Origin: Candidatus Binataceae bacterium
GTDB lineage: Bacteria > Desulfobacterota > Binatia > Binatales > Binataceae
Direction: 5' to 3'
Length of the DNA stretch: 64,000 nucleotides
Assembly (NCBI GenBank): GCA_035533435.1
Contig: DATLTX010000058.1
Location: 27 to 64,026 of the forward strand
Under the pieces are notes generated by a model. That model was given only the letters and a program-made list of their open reading frames with translations. It was not told the DNA's origin and did not search any database. The translations under genes and the position numbers were made by a program. Below are positions 45,273 through 53,700 of the stretch, piece after piece (positions within the stretch are counted from its first letter, which is position 1; every line of letters begins with the position of its first letter).

Positions 45273-45727
45273 ATACCGATCGACGCAGACTGTTGCGAAT
45301 CGTCGGCAAGGGTTCCGTGCTCGCGGCCTTTCTGGCGCAAATTGGCGCCGCCGGGCGCGCGTTTTTTCCTAATGTGCTCTACGAGCCGCCGCGCAAGTTC
45401 AAGCTCAAGCGGCCGCAGGACTATCCGCCCGGATACACCTTTGACGCAACGCATCGCCTGTACGTGATCCGCGATGCCAACGCGTTCCACGTCATCTCGG
45501 CGATCTGTACTCATCTCGGATGCAACGTGCAGTGGAAGGGCACCGAGTTCGATTGCCCATGCCACGGCAGCCGCTTCAATCCCGATGGCACTGTGATCGG
45601 CGGTCCCGCGCCCGCGCCGCTGCCGTGGTTCGAAGCCAATGAGTCGCCCGATGGATTCCTGCAAGTTGATACCGCCGAACCGGTCGCACGCGGCTTCCGC
45701 TTCGTGCCGCCAACCCTGAAGGCATAG
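45269..45727 (+). CDS. Rieske [2Fe-2S] iron-sulfur protein (Tat-exported)
   Basis: Twin-arginine RRRLLRIV, with box I CTHLGC and box II CPCHGS. Confidence 0.85.
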   Translation: MNTDRRRLLRIVGKGSVLAAFLAQIGAAGRAFFPNVLYEPPRKFKLKRPQDYPPGYTFDATHRLYVIRDANAFHVISAICTHLGCNVQWKGTEFDCPCHGSRFNPDGTVIGGPAPAPLPWFEANESPDGFLQVDTAEPVARGFRFVPPTLKA

Positions 45728-45733
45728 CCGGCG

Positions 45734-47035
45734 ATGCGCGAACGAATGGCGAAATTGTGGCGTATGGTTTCGTGGTCGTGGTCTCCGGCCAGTGACCGCG
45801 AGTCGTCTGAGGCGATCGTCAGCAACTTCTGGCTGCACTGGTTTCCGGCCAAAGTCGCGCGCGCCAGCATGGACTTCAACTACTCGTTCTGGCTCGGAAC
45901 CGCGTCGGCGGCGTTATTCGCGATCCTGACAATCACCGGCGTGATGCTGATGTTCTTCTACGTGCCGTCAACCGAACGCGCGTACGGAAGCATCAAGGAT
46001 CTCGAGTACGCGGTCAGCTTCGGCCGCCTGCTCCGCAATCAGCATCGTTGGGCCGCCGAAGGGATGGTCGCGGTGGTGTTCATCCATATGGCGCGGGTGT
46101 TCTTCACCGGGGCCTATCGCGGACCGCGCGCGATGAACTGGCTGATGGGAATCGCGCTGTTGTTCGCGACGCTGCTGCTCTCATTCACCGGCTATCTGCT
46201 GCCGTGGGATCAGCTCGCCTACTGGGCGGTCACGGTAGGGACCGGAATCGCGCGGCAGGCGCCCGTCGTCGGTAATACGCTCGCGCTGATTCTCCTGGGC
46301 GGCACCGAGATCGGCCAGCAGACGCTGCTCCGATTCTATGTGATGCACGTATTCTTTCTGCCCGTATTCGCGTGGATCCTGTTTGGCTATCACATGTGGC
46401 GAGTGCGCAAGGACGGGGGCCTTGCCGCAATCGAGCCGCTGCGCCACGCCCGCGTTTCAGCGCCGCGCGAAACTCCGGCGGCGAAGAGCTATTCAATCTT
46501 CGGAGTCACTCCCGGCACCTCGCTCGCGGTACGCAGCTCGATGCAGCTCGAGGAGCGCGATCAGGTCGCGTCGTCGCCGAATCTTACCCGGCGCCTGATG
46601 CTGGTGTTCCTGGGGGTGTTCAACCTGACGCTGGCCGCCGCGCTGCTGTTCAACGCGCCGCTCGAGGGGCCGGCAAATCCCTCCGTGACGCCCAACCCCG
46701 CCAAGGCGCCGTGGTATTTCGTGTGGCTGCAGGAGCTAGTCGCCTCAACGACGATCCATCTGGGCCCTTACACTGTAAGCGGCGCGCTGCTGGGCGGCAT
46801 CCTGGTGCCGGGAATCCTGTTCGCGGTGCTTGCGATATGGCCCTTCCTTGACCGCGCGCCGCTCACGGCCGAGGGCGTGTGGTTCGCACGGACGCGGCGC
46901 CGCCAGAACCTGATCTTTGCCGCGATCTCGGTCCTAGTCATCATCCTGATATTCGTCGGCGTGTTTCTGCGGGGACCGTACTGGCGGCTGTATTGGCTGG
47001 GGACGCCCCGACCCGTAATGCCGACCATGATGTAA
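45734..47035 (+). CDS. cytochrome b (b6/bc-type, long form)
   Basis: Haem-ligand histidines in helices B and D (HRW...H ; YVMHVFFLP) and the PWDQ motif. 433 aa. Confidence 0.85.
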   Translation: MRERMAKLWRMVSWSWSPASDRESSEAIVSNFWLHWFPAKVARASMDFNYSFWLGTASAALFAILTITGVMLMFFYVPSTERAYGSIKDLEYAVSFGRLLRNQHRWAAEGMVAVVFIHMARVFFTGAYRGPRAMNWLMGIALLFATLLLSFTGYLLPWDQLAYWAVTVGTGIARQAPVVGNTLALILLGGTEIGQQTLLRFYVMHVFFLPVFAWILFGYHMWRVRKDGGLAAIEPLRHARVSAPRETPAAKSYSIFGVTPGTSLAVRSSMQLEERDQVASSPNLTRRLMLVFLGVFNLTLAAALLFNAPLEGPANPSVTPNPAKAPWYFVWLQELVASTTIHLGPYTVSGALLGGILVPGILFAVLAIWPFLDRAPLTAEGVWFARTRRRQNLIFAAISVLVIILIFVGVFLRGPYWRLYWLGTPRPVMPTMM

Positions 47036-47060
47036 CCAGATTCGAGGCGCACATCAATTC

Positions 47061-48032
47061 ATGGAACAGCCGCAAAAGTCACCTCCGGAATCTTACGAGT
47101 CGCGCGACTTCGGATGGTTAGTCGCAATGTCGCTGCTTTTTTTTGGACTGGTCGTGATCGGTTTCTGGCACGAGTACGACACGCAGTGGGCTCCGTATCA
47201 GCGCGAATTCCCCGCCATGCTCGGCCACTATGGCAAGGGCGATGAGGCGCGCAAATTCACCGCCGGAATCAAGCAAATCTGGATTCCGCAGATCGGCGTC
47301 ACCGACCGTTGCATCACCTGCCATCTCGGCTACGACTGGAGCGCGGTGCTGCCGCCGACGCTCGGACAGCCACTAACGCCTCATCCAGCCGGCGATCTGA
47401 TTGCGCGGCATCCGTTTGAAAAATTCGGATGCACTCCGTGCCACGGCGGCCAGGGATGGGCGACCAACGCGCAAGCCGCTCACGTCGGCGGCGCGGGATG
47501 GATCGATCCGATGATCTCGCCGGCGCTGGCCGCCTCTGCCGGGCTGACGATGAGCGAGATGATGCAGATGCGGTGCAATTTCTGTCACCGCCACGACGAA
47601 GCCACCCCGGGCATGGACGAGATCAATCGGGCCAAGCTGCTGCTGCGCAAGCGCAAATGCATGCTCTGCCACAGTATCGAGGGACGCGGAGGCAACGCCG
47701 GGCCGGAGCTGACCTATGAAGGCGACGCCAACCCGGAGCTCTACGATTTCTCGCACGTGACCGGACCCAAGACGTTTTTCAACTGGAACGTGCAGCATCT
47801 GATGCACGCGAGCCGGATTTCACCGGCCACGCAGATGCCCGACTACAACATGCCAGTCGAAGACGCGCGGGCGCTGACCTTGCTCTTGCTAAGCTGGCGG
47901 CGGCAGACTTTCCCGCCCGACTATATTCCCGCGGCGGCGGAGGCGGCCGCCGCTATGCAACCGACGCCGACTCCCGCTCCGACTCCCGCTCCGACTCCCG
48001 CGCCGGCATCGCCCGCACCGGAGCATCACTGA
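47061..48032 (+). CDS. membrane-anchored tetrahaem c-type cytochrome with C-terminal (PTPA)n tail
   Basis: N-terminal TM and four CxxCH motifs (CITCH, CTPCH, CNFCH, CMLCH). The C-terminal low-complexity tail is PTPTPAPTPAPTPAPASPAPEHH. Confidence 0.75.
   Translation: MEQPQKSPPESYESRDFGWLVAMSLLFFGLVVIGFWHEYDTQWAPYQREFPAMLGHYGKGDEARKFTAGIKQIWIPQIGVTDRCITCHLGYDWSAVLPPTLGQPLTPHPAGDLIARHPFEKFGCTPCHGGQGWATNAQAAHVGGAGWIDPMISPALAASAGLTMSEMMQMRCNFCHRHDEATPGMDEINRAKLLLRKRKCMLCHSIEGRGGNAGPELTYEGDANPELYDFSHVTGPKTFFNWNVQHLMHASRISPATQMPDYNMPVEDARALTLLLLSWRRQTFPPDYIPAAAEAAAAMQPTPTPAPTPAPTPAPASPAPEHH
47967..48002 (+). repeat. 12-nt x3 tandem repeat ccgactcccgct encoding (PTPA)3
   Basis: Three adjacent copies with 1 mismatch in the last, at the 3' end of the tetrahaem cytochrome gene. 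Confidence 0.8.
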
Positions 48033-48034
48033 GC

Positions 48035-48065
48035 GGCGGGCGTCCAATCGCCAAGGACGCCCGCC
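48035..48065. terminator. bidirectional intrinsic-terminator-like hairpin between convergent genes
   Basis: Perfect 11-bp stem GGCGGGCGTCC / GGACGCCCGCC with a 9-nt loop. A second 7-bp stem CTGAGCC-GG-GGCTCAG follows at 48088..48103. Confidence 0.5.
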
Positions 48066-48099
48066 GCGAGTGTGAATGGTGCCGGAGCTGAGCCGGGGC

Positions 48100-48585
48100 T
48101 CAGTGGACGGTTGCGGATTCGGCGACCGGCTCGGAGCGCCCGGCGCCGTCGAAAAATTCCTGCAGGTTCTGCTGATAGCGATAGAATAAATCCGCGTCGA
48201 GCTGATTGTCCGCCTCGATCCGCAGGGGAGTGTCGAGCAGCGTAAGCGTGTTCAGCGTATGCCCGAGATCGGCGTGTCCGTTGGCGGCGATATTCTCGAT
48301 CATTTCACGCCATCCCGAATACGGCCCCGAGACGACAATCGAGCCCTTGGCGGCGTCCGCGACGCTGGCCAGATGGCGCACACCGGTGCAGCGATAGCCG
48401 CTGAACACGATCTCGAAGCAGTCGCTCGAATCGTCGTAATCGATCTTCACGACCAGAGTCATGTCCACCGTGCCGAGGCGCCGGAAGAGATCGGGGTCGG
48501 CGTTGACGCGCGTGCGCAGCTCTTCAAAAAACTCTTTCGAGGGATACCAGGTCATAGTCGTTGCCTCCGTAAGCGGATAACCCAT
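48100..48585 (-). CDS. hypothetical small protein, partner of the diiron protein (possibly SCP2/NTF2-like)
   Basis: 161-aa acidic ORF. Its start is 11 nt downstream of the diiron gene stop. No motif recognised. Confidence 0.4.
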   Translation of the reverse strand: MGYPLTEATTMTWYPSKEFFEELRTRVNADPDLFRRLGTVDMTLVVKIDYDDSSDCFEIVFSGYRCTGVRHLASVADAAKGSIVVSGPYSGWREMIENIAANGHADLGHTLNTLTLLDTPLRIEADNQLDADLFYRYQQNLQEFFDGAGRSEPVAESATVH

Positions 48586-48596
48586 TCGCCAGGCGT

Positions 48597-49676
48597 TCAG
48601 ATTGGCAGCTCGAGTGGAATCGCGAGGCGGCTCGTGCGATCGATTCCCGCCATCTTGAGCCGATGCAGGTACTCGTGGATCTGCTTCTTGAACAGGTAGC
48701 CCAGCTTCGCAAAGCCTTCGTCAATATGCTCGAGGCCGCCGCCGGCCAGAATCGCGCGCGCTTCGACGGTGTCCTGGGTCTGGTTGAGGCTGAATGTCGC
48801 TTCCTCTCCGCGTTGCAGGATGTCATGAATCTCGGGCTCGCGCTCGGGATGCTTCTCGAGGAAATACTTCAGATGCATCGTGCCGTACGCGACGTGGCGC
48901 GCTTCGTCCTGCATGCAGAGCCGGAAGATTTTCTTTTCCACCGCGGACAGCGCAAACATCTCGCCGTTGCGGAACAGGGTCAGCACAAAGCCCTCGCCCA
49001 GGATGTGCATCAGCGCGCTGGCGGTGGTGAAGTTCGGCGCTTCCAGGATCACGCGCAGCAATTCCTCGGAGTCGGGTGAGGAGCGCAGCAGGCCGCCGCC
49101 GTTGGCCAGCGCGCGTTTGCGGAACACCTCCATATGCCGCGCCTCATCGAAGATTTGCGAGGCCAAAAACAATTTCACTTCGTGAAAGTCGTGGTTGATG
49201 CGATGCAGCCATTTGGCGGGCATGTCGCCGGCGACGAACTCGATCTCGGCAAGGTTGGTGCACACCTGGCACATCGCCTTCTCGAGATCATCGCGCTGCG
49301 GCCGAAGCTCATCCCACGGAATGTCGCGCGCCGAACTCCATTGCCGCGCCACCGCTTCGTCGTAAAGGTGGGCAACGTTTTCGGCCCATACCAGGGATTT
49401 GTCGTTGATGTCGTAGCAGCCGAGCGAGGGCATATCGTCGGGAATCTCTGAACCGCGCGGCGCCATGCTGCCGTATATCGATCCGTGGTCCGGCACGGCG
49501 CCATACTGTCCGACCAGGTTGATGTCTTCCAGCCCGAGGCCGCGCTCGTCGCGCGGCGTCGCCCTGACGCCCCAACCGGTGGGATTCGAGTTCATCCAGC
49601 TCAAATCCAGCTTCCCCTTGCGTACGTCGCTCAGGGTATCAAGGGCTTTCTCGACGCTTGGACTGACATGCGGCAT
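48597..49676 (-). CDS. ferritin-like diiron-carboxylate protein (AurF/CmlI-like oxygenase family, tentative)
   Basis: Two E-x(~30)-DEARH motifs (AEIEF...DEARHMEVF ; GEGF...QDEARHVAYG), typical of carboxylate-bridged di-iron four-helix-bundle enzymes. Confidence 0.5.
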   Translation of the reverse strand: MPHVSPSVEKALDTLSDVRKGKLDLSWMNSNPTGWGVRATPRDERGLGLEDINLVGQYGAVPDHGSIYGSMAPRGSEIPDDMPSLGCYDINDKSLVWAENVAHLYDEAVARQWSSARDIPWDELRPQRDDLEKAMCQVCTNLAEIEFVAGDMPAKWLHRINHDFHEVKLFLASQIFDEARHMEVFRKRALANGGGLLRSSPDSEELLRVILEAPNFTTASALMHILGEGFVLTLFRNGEMFALSAVEKKIFRLCMQDEARHVAYGTMHLKYFLEKHPEREPEIHDILQRGEEATFSLNQTQDTVEARAILAGGGLEHIDEGFAKLGYLFKKQIHEYLHRLKMAGIDRTSRLAIPLELPI

Positions 49677-49724
49677 GGCACTGCTCTCCTTGGCGGTAAT
49701 CGGAATAGATGCGTTTCCCGATAA

Positions 49725-49740
49725 CGCAAAGGACGTGCCA
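49725..49740 (-). promoter_or_regulatory. candidate sigma54 promoter for diiron-protein operon
   Basis: Minus-strand TGGCACGtcctTTGCg, perfect consensus. The adjacent 6-bp inverted repeat TGCGTT-N7-AACGCA (49710..49728) overlaps -12/+1. Confidence 0.6.
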
Positions 49741-49907
49741 TCGCGATTACGTCCGGCCTCGGCAGCTGGCGGGGGAACCGCCCGCTTTATCCGAACTTAC
49801 TAACCGTTCGGTAGATTACCGCGCCAATTGCGACGATGCCGGGATGACGCCGATCGAATCAAGTGTGTCCGATCGAACCGCCCGCCGCCCGATCGTCTCT
49901 GGACCTT

Positions 49908-50732
49908 TCAATCGTTCGCCACGGTCTCCTCGTCGCCGGCCAGCGCCTCAAGCACGTCGGTGGTGGTGATAATGCCGGCCAGCGTGCCGTCTTCGATCAC
50001 GAGCAATGCGCCGATTTTGCGTTCGCGCAACAGTCGTGCCGCATCGCGGATCGAGCTGTCGGGCGCCACCGTGATTAGCTGCTGAGTCATCGCCTTTGCC
50101 GCCTCGACACTATCGAGGCGGCCGGTATGGCTGCGCACATCGCGGTCGGTCACGATCCCGACCGGCTTCCCGTCCTTGACGATCGGAATGCTTCGGAAGC
50201 CGCCTTCGATCATCTTGTTTTCGAGTTCGGACAGTTTGTCCCCGGGAGCGCCGACGATCGGGTTGGCCGTCATCCAGGTCCTGACCCGGTCGCGATCGGG
50301 CGCTTCCTGGCGAGTGGTCAGAACGGGGCAATTCGCTTCGCGCAGGACGATTTCTGCAATACTGCCGAGAAAGAAATGCTTGAACCCGCGCCGCCCGTGC
50401 GTTGCCATCACGATCACGTCGGCGCGCACCTTGCGCGCGGCCTTGAGGATCGCGCCGGCCGGTTCGCCGATCTGGGTCATCAGTTCGTACTTCAATCCGG
50501 CCAGCCGCTTGCGCGCGATTTCCAGGAGTTTGCGATGCGCCGCGTCCTCCTGGCCCTTGTACAAATCCACATAGACCGGCATCGCAGTCGGCTGCACGAT
50601 CAGCGGAACCACGTGAAGTACGTACACCGTTCCATCATGCTCGCGGGCCAGCTCGGCCGCGGTCGAGAGCGCCGATAGCGAGTTTTCGTCGAAATCAATC
50701 GGGCAAAGAATTCTGCGATATGGAAAAGGCAT
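49908..50732 (-). CDS. universal stress protein domain fused to CBS pair (paralogue of 40042..40845)
   Basis: Same Usp(VMATHGRRGFKHFFLGSIAE)+2xCBS architecture as the first Usp-CBS protein. The N-termini are near-identical (ILCPVDLDDN / ILCPIDFDEN). Confidence 0.8.
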   Translation of the reverse strand: MPFPYRRILCPIDFDENSLSALSTAAELAREHDGTVYVLHVVPLIVQPTAMPVYVDLYKGQEDAAHRKLLEIARKRLAGLKYELMTQIGEPAGAILKAARKVRADVIVMATHGRRGFKHFFLGSIAEIVLREANCPVLTTRQEAPDRDRVRTWMTANPIVGAPGDKLSELENKMIEGGFRSIPIVKDGKPVGIVTDRDVRSHTGRLDSVEAAKAMTQQLITVAPDSSIRDAARLLRERKIGALLVIEDGTLAGIITTTDVLEALAGDEETVAND

Positions 50733-50787
50733 TGTCGTGCCTCCTTGATGGCATTCAGCTCGTCTCTGTCATCACAATAGTAGTGAT

Positions 50788-50803
50788 AGCGATTGTCGTG
50801 CCA
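50788..50803 (-). promoter_or_regulatory. candidate sigma54 promoter for Usp-CBS gene 2
   Basis: Minus-strand TGGCACGacaaTcGCt. Identical 12-mer CGATGGCACGAC as the 39998 site. Confidence 0.55.
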
Positions 50804-50975
50804 TCGAGGACGTGCGCGAGCAAAGGCGCAGCACACGAATCTTGCTCGCAATTCAGCGACTCGCCCAGTCAGGCGCAGCCTCCAAGCCAGAAATGTATCC
50901 GAACGCGCCAGTTATCGCGACGCTTGCTGATTCCAACCGGCCCCGGGATCCTCCTCCTCCGGACAAGCAGGCTCT

Positions 50976-52253
50976 TCACCCCAGATAAGCAAAGTCGCCA
51001 TGAGCATTGATGCTGAGCGTGTTCGCGATTGGAGAACCGGCAAAACCCATGCGCTGTTCGTTGTACTCGATTTGGTAAATCACGCCGCTCGAACCCGGAA
51101 CGAACAGCCCGCCCTCTGGCGCGAGCACGAAGATCTTGTTCCTCCCATCCGAATCGGAAGCCCCCAAATAGAGCGCTCCAGCGTCGGTCAGGGAAGGATC
51201 GCCGAGCCATCGGAACTCGGATCCGAATGGTGTGAGTTGCCCGCGCTGGATGGGAAGACTCAGACTGCCGTCGCGAATGGTGATAATTGCAGGCAGCCGG
51301 GCGCACACGGCAAGCACGGCCATCATCCCGCCCGGAGTCAGAGCAGGCCGGTCCAACGACAGATGCGAAATTGGCGCAAGAGCGGTGAGAGTGCCTGTCG
51401 TAAGTACCCGGGTCATCTCGCCTTCGTGGTACAGAAACAGCGCCTGACCTGTGGGCGTGTTGCTCACAAAGGCAACCTTCACGCCATTGGGAGAGGAAAC
51501 CGCGCGGGGAAGTCCAAACGCATCGAAACGAGTCCGATCAGGCCCGAGTTTCCCTTGTACTGCCACTTCGCTGGTGCCCGCCGATGACGCGAGCAGCACC
51601 GCCTGCCGTTCCGCGGAATCGCTCGCGCCCGCATCGGCGCCGATCCAGGCGTTGAATGCAACCGCGCCATTTCCGGCGGGTCCTTGACTACCATATCCGA
51701 TTACCCGGATCCGGTGATGCTGGAGTGTGTAGTCACCGGCATGCGCAAGGCAGGAGATAACACCCTTCGAATACAGGAACAGGGTGTCCGCGCCGGATGC
51801 CTCGGTGGCCATGAAAGCGATCTCACCTGAGCCGCCGGCGGTGGGACGGGGATCCACCCGCAGGACCGGAGAGCATCCCGACTTCGCGTGAACCGAATCC
51901 AACAACCGCCGGAGCCGGAAGGGTGGCGAGTCAGCAGGCTTGGCGATAAAGATTTCCCAATGCGGAGCTTTAGGGGCCGCGCGTAACTCGGCGGCGAACA
52001 CCACGCTTCCGTCCGGCATCATCGAGGGCAAGCCCAGGTCGTCAATTGTTTCGCCGGCGATTTGTGTTACTCCAGTCGACGCGACTGCGGCGATCTTTCC
52101 GTTAGCATCGCTGGCATAGAGCACTTGACCGATTTTCCTGCTGAGCCCGGCACCGTCGAGGCCCTGCAGGGAGAGAACAAAGGCACTGGCGGTGGCAGCC
52201 CATACGAGCACCGCCACCGTCACGATACCGACCAATCCGCGCTTGATACTCAT
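50976..52253 (-). CDS. secreted repeat (beta-propeller-like) protein of unknown function
   Basis: Signal peptide (AATASA). Repeating Gly/aromatic beta-strand units. No catalytic motif. Confidence 0.45.
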   Translation of the reverse strand: MSIKRGLVGIVTVAVLVWAATASAFVLSLQGLDGAGLSRKIGQVLYASDANGKIAAVASTGVTQIAGETIDDLGLPSMMPDGSVVFAAELRAAPKAPHWEIFIAKPADSPPFRLRRLLDSVHAKSGCSPVLRVDPRPTAGGSGEIAFMATEASGADTLFLYSKGVISCLAHAGDYTLQHHRIRVIGYGSQGPAGNGAVAFNAWIGADAGASDSAERQAVLLASSAGTSEVAVQGKLGPDRTRFDAFGLPRAVSSPNGVKVAFVSNTPTGQALFLYHEGEMTRVLTTGTLTALAPISHLSLDRPALTPGGMMAVLAVCARLPAIITIRDGSLSLPIQRGQLTPFGSEFRWLGDPSLTDAGALYLGASDSDGRNKIFVLAPEGGLFVPGSSGVIYQIEYNEQRMGFAGSPIANTLSINAHGDFAYLG

Positions 52254-52288
52254 CAGTTACTCCTGGCTCGAGCCGCCACCGCGTCCGC

Positions 52289-53626
52289 TTAGTTTCCCGT
52301 AACCCAGCGGCCGCCTTCGGCGCTTGCCGCTACCTGCTCGGGCAGGAACCAGTTGCGCTGTACCGCTCCCATGTTGATGAACCATGAATCGTGGGCTTGT
52401 TCGTCGCGCGACGGATGATAACAGACGCTCGAGAAGCCGGTCTGGATGTTGACCGTCGAGGAACCAACCTGGAACTCGCGCTTGAACGGGTAGATCGCGA
52501 TCCGGGCGCCCGGCTCCGGCCGATCGCTATAGGCCATCCACGAAGTGTAATTCAGGAACAACTGGCCAGTACGGTCGTAGAGATCCACGGACATCGGAAA
52601 GTCGGCCTCTGAATCGACGTAAATGATTTCCTTCGAGTAGAGACTTTGATTGAACCGCGCCACGGCCTGCACGATATAGTAATGGCGTGGGGCCCACTCG
52701 TCGGGGCAGTGACTGGCGCCGCCGTCGGTTGGGCATCGGCGATCCGGCACTTCAGAGACCGCCACCGCGCCGAGCATCGTCTTCTCGCCCAGGAACTTGA
52801 AGTCGTAGAATTGGTTTTTGCCGCTCCATCCTTCCCAATGATTTGGATCGTAAATGTTTGGGCCTGACGCGGTGTCGCTCAACTGGTAATTGAGGCGGCG
52901 CAGACGCCGTGATCCGGGCGTCCAGCTCCAGATATCGTCGGAACGTTTCGCGTCGGCGTAGCGGAACTTCAACTCCAGGCCGCCGCGGTCGGTCGCGGGC
53001 GCGAGAATTGGCCCGTTGAAGGTCATGTACAAGCGCCCGGTTGTCAGGAAGTCCGGGTCGGTGGGAATAGGATCGACCTCGGTGCGGCCAACCTCGTTGT
53101 AGCCGGCATAGTGGCCCACCGCGACGTCATAAATGGAAAAGTGAGGCTTGTTTCTGCCCCAATTCACACTGTCGCAGTCATAGTAGCGAAGGTCGTAATC
53201 ATCGGTCGAAATTGGGCGGAACATTTCGTTCCACATGACCTTTACGCCCGCGTCCCGATCGTTGGCGTCCACCGCGGGGAAGGGTTCGCCCGAGACGTAT
53301 CCGATCAGGCTTCGCCGATCGGGAGAGAGCCGGACCTGGCTTGCGTATTTCTCGGTTGCCTCCTGGTAAGGCGGCGGCCAGTCAATCCGCGCCGACGGAA
53401 CAACTTTGATCGTCATCCCGTTCAGCACGCGCGGATATTGGCCTGGGCTGAGCAGGTCTTTTACCTTGTAAGCGTTATCCGGGGTAATGAAATCACCCGG
53501 CTTCACCTGCGCAAGCGCGCTCTTGACCGGAAGGCCGATTAACATAACCAGCGCCACAGCCAAGGCGATGGTCCAATCGATCGCACCCCGCGCTCGCCAC
53601 GAATCTGATATGTCCATTCGGTGCAT
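52289..53626 (-). CDS. DUF1329-like (LolA-fold) periplasmic protein
   Basis: Start corrected to ATG at 53626, preceded by AAGGAGG-N8. N-terminal signal/TM. The ITPDNAYKVKDLLSPGQY region resembles the DUF1329 N-terminal motif as remembered. Confidence 0.5.
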   Translation of the reverse strand: MHRMDISDSWRARGAIDWTIALAVALVMLIGLPVKSALAQVKPGDFITPDNAYKVKDLLSPGQYPRVLNGMTIKVVPSARIDWPPPYQEATEKYASQVRLSPDRRSLIGYVSGEPFPAVDANDRDAGVKVMWNEMFRPISTDDYDLRYYDCDSVNWGRNKPHFSIYDVAVGHYAGYNEVGRTEVDPIPTDPDFLTTGRLYMTFNGPILAPATDRGGLELKFRYADAKRSDDIWSWTPGSRRLRRLNYQLSDTASGPNIYDPNHWEGWSGKNQFYDFKFLGEKTMLGAVAVSEVPDRRCPTDGGASHCPDEWAPRHYYIVQAVARFNQSLYSKEIIYVDSEADFPMSVDLYDRTGQLFLNYTSWMAYSDRPEPGARIAIYPFKREFQVGSSTVNIQTGFSSVCYHPSRDEQAHDSWFINMGAVQRNWFLPEQVAASAEGGRWVTGN

Positions 53627-53684
53627 GTTTTTCGCCTCCTTGGAGAGTTGGCGCCTCGTCACACGCATTAGGGTCAATACCGCG

Positions 53685-53700
53685 AGCATCGGCTGTGCCA
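53685..53700 (-). promoter_or_regulatory. candidate sigma54 promoter for DUF1329/secreted-protein operon
   Basis: Minus-strand TGGCACagccgaTGCt, ~60 nt upstream of the corrected ATG 53626. Confidence 0.45.
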
